A DNA stretch of 64,000 bases from Cercozoa sp. M6MM (lineage: Eukaryota; Protista; Endomyxa: Ascetosporea), in the NCBI GenBank assembly GCA_040357565.1, contig JBDODJ010000016.1; one strand, given 5' to 3'. Both the position numbers and the translations under genes were made by a program. Positions within the stretch are counted from its first letter, which is position 1. Every line of letters begins with the position of its first letter. Positions 49,549 through 64,000 of this stretch are shown one piece after another. The notes beneath the pieces were generated by a model. The model worked only from the letters and a program-made list of their open reading frames with translations. It had not been told where the DNA came from and made no database searches.

Positions 49549-51411
49549 ATGGTGGACGTATCTTTTATGGTATGTTTCACGATGCCAAAGATGTTTGTGT
49601 ATGGGAAGAGTGAATTCCAGATGTTTTGCTTTTCTTTATTTGCAGAAATGGCTGATCCTAATCTTGCTCATGGCGCAAACAAGTGCGTCGTTCTTGCTCG
49701 TACCCAAAAACAATCTCAAGTTGCCTTATTTCTATAGTCGCTGTTTGCACACAGATTAGATACGCACGACAGGAGCAAGGGCTTCGTTTTTCTAGCAGTG
49801 TCGCCGTGTAACACAACTTGTTGTGTGTGCGTGTATGTGTGGTGCTTGCGTGCCGGTGTTTCCTGAGAGGTCGCAGCTTTTTCTAGTTGGTGCATGGAGA
49901 TACTGAAGCTGATCTTCTCGGCTATCGTTCTGCACAGAGTATGCCTTATGAGGTCGAGTGATGGGAAGTCATGGTATGGATGGACAGGAGGGCAAGCGAC
50001 AGTTGTGGACGCTATTGCGCCGGCGTGGCAGCGGTGCCATGGCACTCGTGGCCAGCATCTACTTTGTGCAGAACAACTTCCCGTATGGATACAACTTTTA
50101 TGCCTTGCCTTGGAGAAACTATGTGATTGTTCTGCAGGTATCTTGCGCTGCGACACCTGGACAGCGGTGTCTACACAGCGTTGCAGCAGTCAAAGATTCT
50201 CACGACAGCGCTCGCCTTCTGCTTTTGTACTAGCTTACCTCCTTCCTTATGCAGGTTGTAGTGTGTCTAGTGCACTGTCTGCAGTGATGGGTCGGCAGTT
50301 CTCTGCCAGGCGGTGGCGTGCCCTGCTGCTGCTGCTGGTTGGTGTGTTCCTTTGCTTTATGCACTTTTGTGTATTCCTTAGTATGTGAGATCACTCCCTG
50401 CAGGCACTGTTGTCGTCGTGTCTGGCAACGGCACTGGCAGCGATGACAGCGAGGACACCAACGTATCGATGTGATTCTCCATGTGTATTACAGTTAGTTG
50501 TTCGCATGTGAGATACAGGGACGTCAACCCTTTATCGGACTGATTGCAGTGGCGGCGCAGGTACAGCGGAGCACTGTATTTCACATGTGCTTGAGTGACA
50601 CCTGTGTCTACAGGTTACCTGCTCTGGCATCGCTGCGTGCATCTTTGAACTGGCTCTCAAAGGCAAGCAGGCGAAGGACACGGTACCTTTGTGCCCTCTG
50701 TGTATCTTGTATTTGTGCCTTGGCAGTAAACGTGGTGTAGGACAAGCAGCCCTCACTTTGGGAGCGCAACTTCCAGCTTGCTGCCTTTTCCGGTAGAATC
50801 ACTTGTGCTGTGGAGGGCTGTGCTTGTGTATTTTGGTTCCGAGCAGTCGGGATGGGCACACTAACGCTAATGCTAAAGGAGGGCTCGCACATCTACCATC
50901 ATGGACTGTTTTTCGACTTTAACCTCATCGTTGTACTGGCCGTGCTTGGTACACATCTGTCTTCCTTGTCTGGAACGAGCAGTGAACGTGCCAACTCTGC
51001 GCAGCTGGTGCTGCTGGCGGACTTCTCGTAGGTCTCACCGTCAAGTACGCCGACAGGTATACCTTCATCTGATTTTAACATACCATACCGTGAACAATGT
51101 CCTGTGTCGCTTTCAGTATTGTCAAGGGCTTTGCCTCCTCGGGTGCCATTGTGATTAACTCGCTCCTGTCCTCATGGATGGTAACAATTCCTGTATCCAA
51201 AGTAGCACTATCAGAGTACCCCCTCTTTGGACAGTTTGGCGATGACCTGTCGCTGCAGTTCGCAATGGGCGCTTGCTCGATTGTTCTCGCCACTTTCAAC
51301 TACGCCGATGATGAAGGCACCGAACCGGTGAACCTTTCGCTCTTGTCACTGCTGCCGCGACGCGCGCTACAAGGTTACCGCCGCTTGCGCACACCATCTA
51401 CGGCCGTTTAG
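49549..51411 (+). CDS. Nucleotide-sugar transporter, SLC35A (UDP-galactose/CMP-sialic acid) family
   Basis: EILKLIFS; IYFVQNN; YTALQQSKILTTA; RRWRAL; SGIAACIFE; SLWERNFQL; GGLLVGLTVKYADS|IVKGFASS. Confidence 0.9.
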
Positions 51412-51574
51412 CCGAGCGGGTGTTTGACCTCTAACTACCCTGCTCATGTCCCCAGAAGTTATTTCCCCCAAAATAAATAATTTAATTGATACAGTACCCA
51501 CTTAACGAAAAGTGTTGTGAGCATTGTAATTTCTAAGAGCTGCGTGTGCGTGTGCTAATACTAAGTCCAGCAGT

Positions 51575-53214
51575 ATGAGCTTAAAGCGGACTCACCATGT
51601 GCCGGTGATGTTTCGCGAAACGCTGTCGCTGCTGTCGACGCATGCACCGCGGACTGTGTTTGATGGCACTCTCGGCGGCGGCGGTACTTGACGCTCTCAT
51701 TCCGCATAGAACACACAATTTGAAAGAGGCAGCTTGTTTCAGGTCACGCCAGTGCATTTCTGCGCCTGCCATCGGTGAGAACACTGTTCGGCATGGATCG
51801 TGACGATTCGATTATTGAAGGTTTTTCGCGCGCATGACAAGTGTGGCGAAGCGGGCAAACTGAATTTTTGTTGTTGCAGAGGCGACTGAGCGTGTTATGA
51901 GTGACACCGGTGCCGCGGAGGTGGCTCTCGGCGAGCTCGGGTCACACAGTGAAGAGGAAGCGCGTGAGCACAAGGTGTTCGTGCCGTGCCATTCAGCCTT
52001 TGCCGACATTGACCAGGTATGCTCGCAATGAGAGTTCGGTCCTTTTGTCAGATAAAGTGACACTGGATAGGTCCTGGACAAAGTTCCGTCTGAGCTGTGG
52101 CCGGATGCCTTTCTTTTCGATATTGGTGGTACTGTTTCCGTTAGTTTCTGTCTTGATTTGGACTGCTTGTTTGCCCTTCGGACAGTGTCGTCGATGCAAC
52201 TGGACCGCGGAGAACGTGGGTTCTCAATTCGTTTCGATGCGCCTCTCGACATGCGCATGGACACTACACAGGTACCGCCTGCTGCTTTCTCGTGTTACAC
52301 TGCCTGAGAAAGCACATTGTGTAACAGGGAATGACTGCACTCGAACTCATCGACGAACTGAGTGAACTTGAGCTTGCTAACGTAGGTTGCTCTCTATCTA
52401 TTTCTTTGAACTTCATCTTTCTCTGTTGCCCAGGTCATTGCTACTTACGGCGAAGACTCTCGCTCACGTTTGATTGGTATCATTCGCCCATGAGATAGTA
52501 GACACTGACTCCTGTACTCACGCTGCACAGCCAAGGCAATCAAACGAGCGGCCGTGGATGGCACGCTGCGGACGACGCACGAATTGCGCAACATTGTGCA
52601 CTCAGTGTACCCGCGAGAGGCACGCGAGTACCCAGGTCTTGACCCTCGTTTTGCGTCTGTGTTTCTGGATTCAGAGATACATATTTTTTATTTACAGGTG
52701 GCCACGGCAGTGATTGCGCCAATCGCACCTTTCAGGCACTTCGAATCGCCGTCAATGACGAGATGGGCCAATTGCAAGCAGTACGCTTCCTTCTTTCACC
52801 CTCTGGTCAGTATCACTCGACTTGACACTTCACGTTTTTGTGCGCCTCTAGTTGCTGAACAAGCTGCCAAAGTACATGAAGAAAGGCACGCGCGTGGGCT
52901 TCCTCACCTTCCACTCGCTCGAGTGTCGTCTCGTCAAGCGCGCCATGAATAACTGGATCAAAGCTGGCCGTGCTCAGTATCTGGTACCATTAAGACACGT
53001 CATTCCTTCCTGGGCACCGACCTGCTGTGTGCTTTCATGCAGGACAACGCATCACGATACCTGCCGAGCGACGAAGAGATTCGACGCAATCCGCGCGCCC
53101 GATCCGTATGTGCTTCCCATCAAACCTCGAACTTTTGGTAACTGTTTTTTTACGGTCGTTCTTGGTGTTTAGGCGAGACTGCGTGTTGTGGAAGCCACTT
53201 GCGACCCTCTGTAA
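51575..53214 (+). CDS. rsmH: SSU rRNA m4C methyltransferase RsmH/MraW (METTL15-like)
   Basis: HVPVM; DGTLGGG|GHA; DIG|[11 protein letters not shown]...PLDMRMD; YGED; [13 protein letters not shown]; TFHSLE; [10 protein letters not shown]|ARLR. Confidence 0.95.
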
Positions 53215-53451
53215 CCAATCGAAGTCGCTCGGAAGCTGCAAACTCGGTGCGGCATCCGACGTGACGTGACATTTGGCGTTAGTTCCGTCACAATCTAATT
53301 TTTTTGAAAAGACAACAGTCCGAAAGCAGAACAAATCCTAGAATTCCGAATTTAGGAGAGATGATCTTGACGCAACGGGTCAGGGTTTCGCACGCTTCTG
53401 ACTTTCTAAATTAAAAAAAAAATGTAGCCACGTTGCAAGTCTGCCGATCAG

Positions 53452-55151
<1,700 letters not shown>

Positions 55152-55276
55152 CTCGAGTTTACGTATAAGCGCTGTGCTGTGGCGTGGTTAATAGTAGTGC
55201 AGTACGGCAACTATCGGTGTCAGAGGTAGTAATATAAATGAATGAGCATGAAGTGGTCCGCGATCTTGAAACCAAA

Positions 55277-58038
55277 TCACTTGCGTCGGCGTCGGCCAGA
55301 CATGGCACGCAGCGGGTCCTGCTTGCGACGGCGCTTCTTGTCCTTGCCACCTTGCTGTGTGTGTCGACAACGAGCGATGCATGAAACTGTAAACTCGCGG
55401 AATAGACAAGGCATGAGTTACCTGGGTCTTGCGACGCTTCTTTGCGCGCGTGGGCTGTGCCTGGAAATCTTGTTCCTGCGCAAGAAAGAAAAGGACGAAT
55501 GCTGAGCAAGCAGAAATGAGAAAGCACACTTACGTGCTGAAGCTGCGGCAGAGCAGACGCGTTGGCCGGCTTGAGATATTTGGGCACCTTGGCGAGGTGT
55601 GCTTGCGGTTTCTCGGCCATGTACTGGGGGGTAGGAAACACAAAGAGATACAAAGAAGAGCACAGAAACGAAAAAAAGGGGTCACAGAAGGGAGCAAGGG
55701 ACGAGAACACACCGTGTTGTGCTGCAGGAGTTCCAACTCGCGCGGATTCTCCTCAAAATGCGCGCGCAGTTTCTCCGAGTTGAGCACCTCCGTCTTGAGC
55801 TGTCGCACACGCGCCTCACGAATGGCGTTCTTGGAGACCTTGCGTCGCACGTCGTCCACTCGGTAGCGGAAGCGCTCGACATCCGCCTGCACACGTGGTG
55901 GGGGGGGGGGGGGCCCCCTACAACTAGACATGGGTACAACTGGACATGGCGAGCACACACCATGTCAAGTGCCGGCAGCGGCTGCAGTCGCGGCCTGTCA
56001 CACGAGTCGCGCTTCATCTGCTCCTCGCGCATATCCTCGAGAAGTGAGGCTTCACTCGGCGACACCAGCGTGAGGGCAAGACCCTTGGCACCGCCACGTG
56101 CCGTTCGACCAACTCGATGCGTGTACACGTCCAGCACATGTGCGGCCGCCTGCATATCCACAGGTACCAAAGTGCCAAGGAAGGAAGATAGACAGCAGCA
56201 GCATACGTTGTCAGCAGGCATGCTGTCGTTGTCCTTCTTGCTGCTTTTGTCGCTCTCATCCGCCGGCAACGGCAACTCAAAGTTAACGACGACGTCGACG
56301 TGCTTGAAGTCGACACCACGCGCACTTCCGTCTTGCCCTGTATGCCAACAAGAGATGTCAAGAGGATAAAAACCAGAGGGAAAACCAGAGAGTGAAGGTA
56401 CCTGCAGCCGCATCGGTGGCGACCAGCATACTCGTGACACCTACCATGCCGCCGTGTTATTCTACAGTAGCTAAAGCAGAGAGAGGAAACAGCAAGGTAC
56501 CACGATTGAAGGCGTCGATGACATGTCGACGCGAATTGAAGGGCAGCTCGGCGTTCAGCACACTGGCGCCGAGGCCAAAGTGACGCAGCAGAAGCTATTG
56601 TTGCATAGAGACACAATAGCAGTCAAAGAAAAGAGAACAGGCCAAAGCAGCTACCTGCAAACGGAAGCACTCGTCGACCGAGTTGACAAAGAAAAGCATC
56701 TTGCCGCGCACGACGCCGAACTTAAGCAGTGCGAACAGCACCAAAAACTTGTCCTCCTCGCTGCACATTCCAAGAAACAACGAGTCTATGACAGATATCG
56801 AACGAGACAACAAAGTGTAATACGTCGTGACGTTGAGGTAGAACTCGCGCAGCAATGCCGACCGAGGATCTTCCTGTACATGAGATCAACGAGGATGCGG
56901 GAGGCTGACAGAAAAACAGAAGGGACAGAGGAAACTACCGACTTGTCGTCCACAACGAGAGGGTCGCGCAGTACGACGGCACTGAACTGTTGCACTTCGG
57001 CATCCAGTGTCGCACTATACACATACAATATCGTGTTTCTCCACGACCAGCGACGGCAAGCTACCTGGTCATGAGAGTCTGATGAGCACGCGGCAGCAGC
57101 TGCTTGAGACGCAGCACGTCGTCGCGACAAGCAACGTCCAACACCAAGTCGGCCTCGTCCACGGCTAGCACGCGCAGCGAGCGCAAGTCCACCACGCCTA
57201 CACGACACACGCCGTCGCCTCTGTTATCACCAAGCCTGTGTGTGTAAATGTACCTGCCTTGGCATGCTGTGCCAGACGCGCTGGAGTGGCAACGATGATG
57301 CTCGGCTTTTCCTGCACACACAAGGGTAGAGAAGAAAAGGGTCGGGGAGGGGAGGGGGAAGAGGAGGGGAAGGGGAGGGGTAAAGACACAGCGTACCTTG
57401 AGTCGCGGCACCTGCGCCTTGGCGGACTCGTCGGCTGTCACGCGCAGCAGCGACACGTCGTTGCGACAGAAGGTCATGAGTGACAGGAGTTCCTTGGCCA
57501 CCTGCAGGCAGAGTTCCTTGGTCGGCACCAGCACCACGGCCACCGTGCCTTCCTCGCTGCCAAACACATAGTCACAGTGCACAACTACAACAATACACCG
57601 ACGGGGAATCTCAGACAGAGTGCAACACACCTCTCCTGAGCAGCCAGCAGTGCCGTCTGCAGCACAGGCAGCGCAAAACACAGCGTCTTGCCACTACCGG
57701 TGGCCGCGCGACACAAAACGTCGCGTTGCGCCAGTGCTGCCTCCAACGAGGCACCCTTCACACCACTCTCACATCCAAAGAAAGCTAGCACACGGGGGAA
57801 GGGGGGGGGGGGGTACCTGGCATCGCGTCGGTGTCGAAAAGCCGCGTTGCCGCAATGCCTTCTGTAACCGTCTCTCAACGCCTAAATACAAATACACCGA
57901 GTAAAAGCACAAATCGACTGCCCAACAAGAAGCGACCGGCAGGACATGTGGTTTTCAAGTACCGAGATCGCTCCAAGATTTCGAGTCGTCGAAGAACAAC
58001 ACAGGCGCACTGGCGCCGCCTGCGATCACCGCGCTCAT
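55277..58038 (-). CDS. DDX56: DEAD-box RNA helicase DDX56/DBP9
   Basis: PTRCQ; AATGSGKT; VPTKEL; DEADL; SATL; ARGVDFK; [12 protein letters not shown]; family-specific FRYRVDD...AIREAR...[17 protein letters not shown] and HLAKVPKYL. Confidence 0.95.
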
Positions 58039-58200
58039 GTTACTGTGTCACAGGAACGCACCGACGCTTGTCCTTGTGACGCGTCTACCTGATATCCAAA
58101 TGGAGCGCCGAGTGTACAGCCAATAAAAACCTCTTGCACGTGTTGTTTCCTACCGGTAGGTGCCGACAGTGGCTTTAACGGGTTTAAGATATCGTTTTAA

Positions 58201-59535
58201 ATGCCAGAGGATCACAAGAGTAAGCCAGCGTCTCTTCGTGCGAATCTCGGTACGAAAAAACGCACTGACAATTCTTCGAGGTAAAACGCTGTGCTGGCGA
58301 CAAATCCTGAAATCGTAAGGACACTTTTCTACACTCAGGTCATTACGCCAACGGCTGCGAGCATTTGGGTACCTGTGTGCTCATGCTCCGGTTCTCCGCA
58401 CAGCATTTTCGCATGCCGGTACTTGTTGGGTTTTTGCTGCTTCGGTAGTGTGGTTGTTAGATGTCGTTCACATTACTTAGGCTGTAACGGAGTGCCGAAA
58501 GACCTAGACGCCCATGACGCGATGGAGATAGTTCAAGCACACGTGCGGTGCAAGATGCTCCAAATGGTGCCTCAGTCCTCAGATCTTGCTTAGTATTGCT
58601 GGTATCGCAAGTGCATGGTGCGTGGTAGAATGGCCAAGTGTCGCTCGTGGCACTCGCGTTGTTGTCGCCGTTCCTGCTGATGAAACGAGTTCGTCCAGTG
58701 CGTGCGCTTTTCTGCAGTGCCACCATGATCACTTTCCCGGTATGAATATCGATGTGTATTGCTAAGTGTCAGTTGTGCTACGGATAGAGTTCATTCTTGC
58801 AGTTGCTGGGCACGTGGGTGTCGCTTTCACACGCGCGTGACGCCAAACTGCGCACGTTCAACGAGCAGGCTCTGATGCAGAGGTGTTGTGCCATTCTGCA
58901 GAACACGCGGCAGAGTGATACGGATCGCGAGTACATTGGCTTGCTTTCAATCGGCGGTCTGCTCGGTATGTAACAACGCACACCCTGCTTCGAAGTTGCG
59001 TTACCCCGTCTAACGTCTGCGTGCGATAGGCACGGCATGGACGGCAGTGCGCTATGTTCGAGTGCTACGAGTGACGGCGCTCCTGTCGCTCTGTCTCTTC
59101 AACAGTGCTGCTGTTGGACTCACCACTGGCGCACTCTACAACACCTACAGGTACGGCCGCAGAGACACGCGCACGCATACTGTGTGCAGTTAGTACACGT
59201 ATGCTTTGTGATTAGAGACATGGAATCCTACACGAGGACGGGACACCTGCTATATCACCAGCATTGGCTGAAAGCATTGTCGCTCGAGGAAGACACTATT
59301 GTTGGTGACTTTACAAGCTCCCGCAATATCAACGAAGACTCGTTGGAGCGCTTCGAGAAGCGACCCGAAACCCCAAGTAGGTTGTTGCAAGTGTCGTTCA
59401 TGCATCCTCGTCTTACTCGACACTGCATGTGTGTACTGTGCAGGTTCAGTTGAGGAGTTTAGTCGGTTCCTCGCAGAGGTCTCACAGCACGAAGAGGACA
59501 ACGAGCTTGATGAAGACATGGCTATGGTCGAGTAG
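58201..59535 (+). CDS. Multi-exon hypothetical protein with hydrophobic segments and acidic tail
   Basis: Exon-like blocks ending SVEEFSRFLAEVSQHEEDNELDEDMAMVE*. No family recognised. Confidence 0.4.
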
Positions 59536-59864
59536 TGTAACTATACGTGTCGTATTTAGCCACTGGCGTAGGTTTACGTTTAGCGGAGTCGAATTCAATT
59601 CAAATTAAATGTTTCGCCTGCCGTTTCAAACTGACAGTTCCGTTCGCGGAGCTTCAGTTGTCTATACGTACGCTATTACGTATCAGTCAGTCTGCGTACG
59701 TCTACTACTGGGCTAGTCCCACCAGCCCGAAGATTTTAGATAGGAACATGCATGTCTTGTGCGAATAATACATGACGTTGTTGCAACGTAACTTTTACTA
59801 AGAACCGACATACTCACGATCTGGCGCCGTCTGCGCATGCATCACATACGCAAGCCATGCTGTG

Positions 59865-60487
59865 TTAGTTGATCTTGCACTCGCCGTCGGGATAGGCACA
59901 CACGGCATGTGGCCACTGCAAGGACGGGAAAGGAGAAGGGTGTGTAACACTGTGAAGCGACGGGTGGGGAAAGGTGGAGAAAGGGACCTTGGTGCGAATG
60001 ACGTCATCAAGAGAATCGGCACTGCCGCGGTTACCGGGACCGGGCCCACCCAGACCAGACAAGATGCCCTCCTGCGTGCCACATGGATTCATCTGTACCC
60101 AGGGAAGTGCACAAGCACTCTGGAAGTGTAGTACGGTGTTGACATCCACGCGCAAAAGCTTCGGCTCCAACTGCGAGCCTAAGCCGTTCCAACTACACGA
60201 GAGGGGGGAAGCGTGTGGGGGGGAGGGATAAAGTAAGGTTATGGAGTAAAGAGGAAATTGAGGTACAAGTAGAGGTCGAAACGACGAGGCCGCTGCAAGT
60301 CGAGATCGTCTTCCAATAGGTCATTTCTGTGTGGGTAGGAGGGGTAAATACCTCCAGTACGAAAAACAAAAAAGGCAAGGTAGGGTACAGCTGTCGGAAC
60401 ACCATCCAAAAGTGGTCTCGAAGCAGGATGCCCAGGCCTAATTTACTCATAATAGTTAAGTCAAGGCAAGATATATAAATATATATC

Positions 60488-60523
<36 letters not shown>

Positions 60524-61839
60524 CACAGAAAGAGAGAGAGAGAGAGAGAGAGAGGTAAAAAATACCATCCGGATCAGCGAGCGAAGAGAACTCCGCAAGT
60601 CGCTCGTACTCGTTAAGTTTGAGCAGCAAGTTGCCTAGCTGATCGATCGGAATGAAACCGTTCTCTTGCGGATCACTGCGAACGATGTTACAAATAAAGT
60701 CCCGAAGGTAAGCGCTGTTACAAAAGACTCACAGTTCCGTGAAGGCACGCATCACGCGCTGCTCCGCAAGTGCCACCTACACGTGATAAGGTTGCAAGGC
60801 ACTCAGAATGAGAGACAACTAAAAGGAGTGCACCGGGTTTTGCAAACAAATATTGGTGTCGGTTCCAAACAGTACAGTGTAGTGCGAAGCTAACAACATA
60901 AGACATCCCTTCGCGATCTGAGATCCACGCAAGAAAAAGAAAAAGGGAGGTACAAGAGCCAATGACCCAGATCGGCAATTTCGGTGTCTTCAGGTAGTCG
61001 CCCACCTTGGAGTAGCGGAGCGCTTCCAATACTGAAAGCAGACCAACATCGGACCGATGCGGCACGCCGTGCACCTTGAGACCTCCCAGATCTTTATCTG
61101 CGCAGGTGTTCACGCTTAACTCTCTGTTAACTGAAACAACACGAAAAGCCAAAAAGGGAAGGAACCGCCGTCAAAAACGTTGTTCGTGGCGCGACCGAAC
61201 CTAGTGTATTTCACATGAGCACGCGTGTAATTAAAGATGCTTATTCACAAAGGTTTACAAACCGTACTATAAGAAGAAGGAAAACCAAAAGCTACAGCAT
61301 GAGGTTCAGCAGTGCCTGGGAGGTGTGACCGAAACGCTGCACCATGGCATCGGGTTCGTCCCTGTCCCAAGAGTACTCGAGCATTGACACACACACACAC
61401 ACATGCACAGGGCGAAACGCACATGTCCTCGCGCACACCGGCGGCCGTTCGCGTCAGCAGAGCCGAAAACACCAAGTCCACCACTCGCAAACTTCCTCTA
61501 ACCACCAGTTGAGACACAATGAACGAGGCCGAGTGAAGGGAGTAAAGACAAATATGTGTACTGTGCCACAAGGTCGGTCAGACAGGAGAGCACGTCGGCG
61601 GTGTTGGAGCGAGTCACACGCAAGCATCGGAGACTTTGCTGCGAGTCCGACTGCATGCAGATATGCAAATCGCTGTCTTCGGTAGGCTTGCACCTGAGTG
61701 AAGAGGCAGCAGCATAGGAGTAGAGAAATGTATAGGTAGAGAGAGATACCGTTCCAGCACTCGCAGCATAACATGTGCGAGTGCAGCACATGCATCGACG
61801 TGCGTGCAATGCAAACCCTTCTTCTCGCCCTGCGCGGAG

Positions 61840-61920
<81 letters not shown>

Positions 61921-62008
61921 CTCAAATCGGTACTAAACCTGAAGAGAAAAAGAGAGAGAAAGAGAAATAGAAAGAAAGAGAAATAGAAAGAGAGAAAGAG
62001 AAATAGAA

Positions 62009-62044
<36 letters not shown>

Positions 62045-62784
62045 CAACGTACATGGAAGAAAAGCTGGGCCACCAACTCGCCCTGCAGGGGAGCGCTACA
62101 GCACATAGAACAGAGGTGCCACAGGTACACTTCCCAAGAGAACAGAGAAAGCAGATACAGAACGCCACAAGGACCGCCAAACAGCTGCCGCAAACCAGCG
62201 CGGAACTCGGTTCCTTTCGTATCTTCTACAAACACATAAACACAACACACACATGCACACAAATATACACCCAGACACCAGTCACTACTCAGGAAAGAGA
62301 ATTTCGAGTTACGAGAAGAGCTGTCGTACTGGGCGAATGCAAACTTTTGCGACAACCAGCGTCGTCTACATTCACAAAGACATACCCATTAGCAGCATCT
62401 TCAAAAAGTTTGTAATACCTGTCCTCGTCTTGAGCGTCCGCACCAAACAACAAGGACATCAGTTCCGCCTGCTTCGCAGGTGCGATTTCACTCCACGTCA
62501 AGGCAGACGCTCGCGCACGCTTGGCAGGAGGCTCCTGCTGCTGTACGCCACGGTCGCGCGGACGCACGCGGATCTCAAACGTGAAATCGCCGAGTTCGCT
62601 GTCGTCAATGCAGCTCATCAGGGCCGCATTCAACGGCGCTGCCAAACACAGCAGAGGGGATTAGTTTTTCGTTTTCCGTTCGTACAATATACAGACATAT
62701 AAATGGAGAGGTACTGTCGCCAGGCAGCGAGCACGTACGACGAGCTCCATTGGCATCAACAAGTGTAAAGTCTATGTCGTCCAT
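59865..62784 (-). CDS. MINDY3: MINDY3/4-family deubiquitinase with EF-hand-like insert
   Basis: GLRQLFGGPCGVL|APLQ; FGHTSQALLNLML|FGRATNNVFDG; VGLLSVLEALRYSKVGDYLKTPKLPIWVIGS; HYTVLF; DPQENGFI; WNGL; VIRTK|WP. Confidence 0.9.
61841..62045. repeat. (CA)n and (GA)-rich microsatellites in MINDY3 introns
   Basis: Direct sequence. Confidence 0.9.
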
Positions 62785-63201
62785 CTGGTCAGTGCTAATG
62801 GAGAACCTGTCAACACATATCCATGCAGATGATACGATAAGAATGTTGTTGGGAAAGTACAATCGCACAGCTCGCGGACTTTTGCTTAGCTTTTGTCTTA
62901 TAGAGCACGATATCGCACAAAACACTAAAAAAGCAACTTGTCCGGCAACTCTGCTCTGTAATTCTGATTTTCCTGTGAAACAGCACACATCGGATCAACT
63001 GCAATACAAAATATGTCGGTCGGACCCTTCGACTCAAATTGCGAGTTCCCGAGCCAAATAGCAGGTTGAGTGACGACGGCTGCTAGCGCCGACTAGACAC
63101 TGCAAACGCGGTTTGAAGCTAGGGAAAGTATAGTGGGGCTGCTGAGGAAGCAAATTGAGTTGTGATCGGAGCTGCTCGCTGATTAGTCTGTTGGAGCGCA
63201 T

Positions 63202-64000
63202 ATGACGACTAGCTCGGCTCCTCGGCAAGTAAAACTCGTGTTGTTGGTATGTGGCACTTTAGAGCAGGATTTTTCGTTGGTGACCGATTTTGATCAATGT
63301 TGCGCGAGAACTGCGAAAAAATGATGATGTGGGCTTCTTCAGGGCGACACTGCCGTCGGCAAGACGTCGCTCGTTATGCGGTGTCGTGATTTCCCTTGTG
63401 CCGTTCCGGCGTTGCCTTGCTTTCTTGACCCACTGTTTTCTGTGCAGCTTCGCGAAGGACGTTTGGTTCGAGTATCAGGTACACTGCATTCCGCGAAGGC
63501 TCCAAACAGAGGAAGACGTAAGCTCATACGAAATCTCAACAGGAGAGCACAATCGGAGCAGCCTACATGCCGCACACAATTCAGGTGACTTTTTCAAAGC
63601 AATAATCTGTATCCCAAATACGTGTTGTATGTTGCGTTTCCTGCAGGTGGATGGCACGCCAATTAAATTCGAAATTTGGGATACGGCCGGGCAGGAGCGA
63701 TACCATGCGCTTGCGCCGATGTACTACCGCGGTGCAGGTGCAGCAGTCATGGTACGTTAGCTCTTGCCCCCCAACTTTCTTTGCACGTACTGCGCTTTGG
63801 CAGGTTTACGATATCACCAGTGCGTACTCCTTCCGGAGAGCTCAACAGTGGGTCCACGAGCTCCGCTCTCAGGTACCTTGCTTACGGGCGTGAGCACAAA
63901 TTTTCGCAACTCTATGTTTGTATCAGGTAAGTGACTGCGTGGTCGCTCTTGCTGGCAACAAGTGCGATCTGGTATTACCTCCTGCATGCATCTTGATATT
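63202..64000 (+). CDS. RAB5: Rab5-family small GTPase (runs off window)
   Basis: KLVLLG|[12 protein letters not shown]|F; YQ|ESTIGAA; [24 protein letters not shown]; VYDIT; ALAGNKCD. Confidence 0.92.

Overview
Compact, intron-dense eukaryotic (protist-like) genomic DNA with short (~45-80 nt) mostly GT-AG introns and many intronic microsatellites. Most assembly gaps fall in (CA)n tracts. The ORF track is largely exon fragments and antisense noise, so genes were rebuilt by hand-splicing and exon boundaries are approximate. Recognisable genes: a triple discoidin/SUN-like (HECTD1-type) domain protein, AUH-like enoyl-CoA hydratase, AP-4 epsilon, two RanBP2-type zinc-finger loci, PGS1, a secreted phosphoesterase/non-specific phospholipase C, DAP3/mS29, BolA, BRX1, FYV7/CCDC59, an F-box protein, ISCA2, an SLC35A transporter, RsmH/METTL15, an ACL5-like aminopropyltransferase, DDX56/DBP9, MINDY3 and Rab5. 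Three things are not shown by the ORF track. (1) A family of 300-480 bp TGTTAC...GTAACA solo-LTR-like elements: six copies, four with 4-bp TSDs, mostly just past host stop codons. One is nested antiparallel inside another that carries a long hairpin, and one is interrupted by an APE-RT-RNase H LINE. (2) A secreted Tyr/Pro/Lys/Glu decapeptide-repeat (APSYEQPKYE)n protein with a poly-Arg tail, plus an inverted paralogue. (3) Strand-biased UG/CU/C-rich intronic repeats. No rRNA, tRNA or CRISPR was seen.
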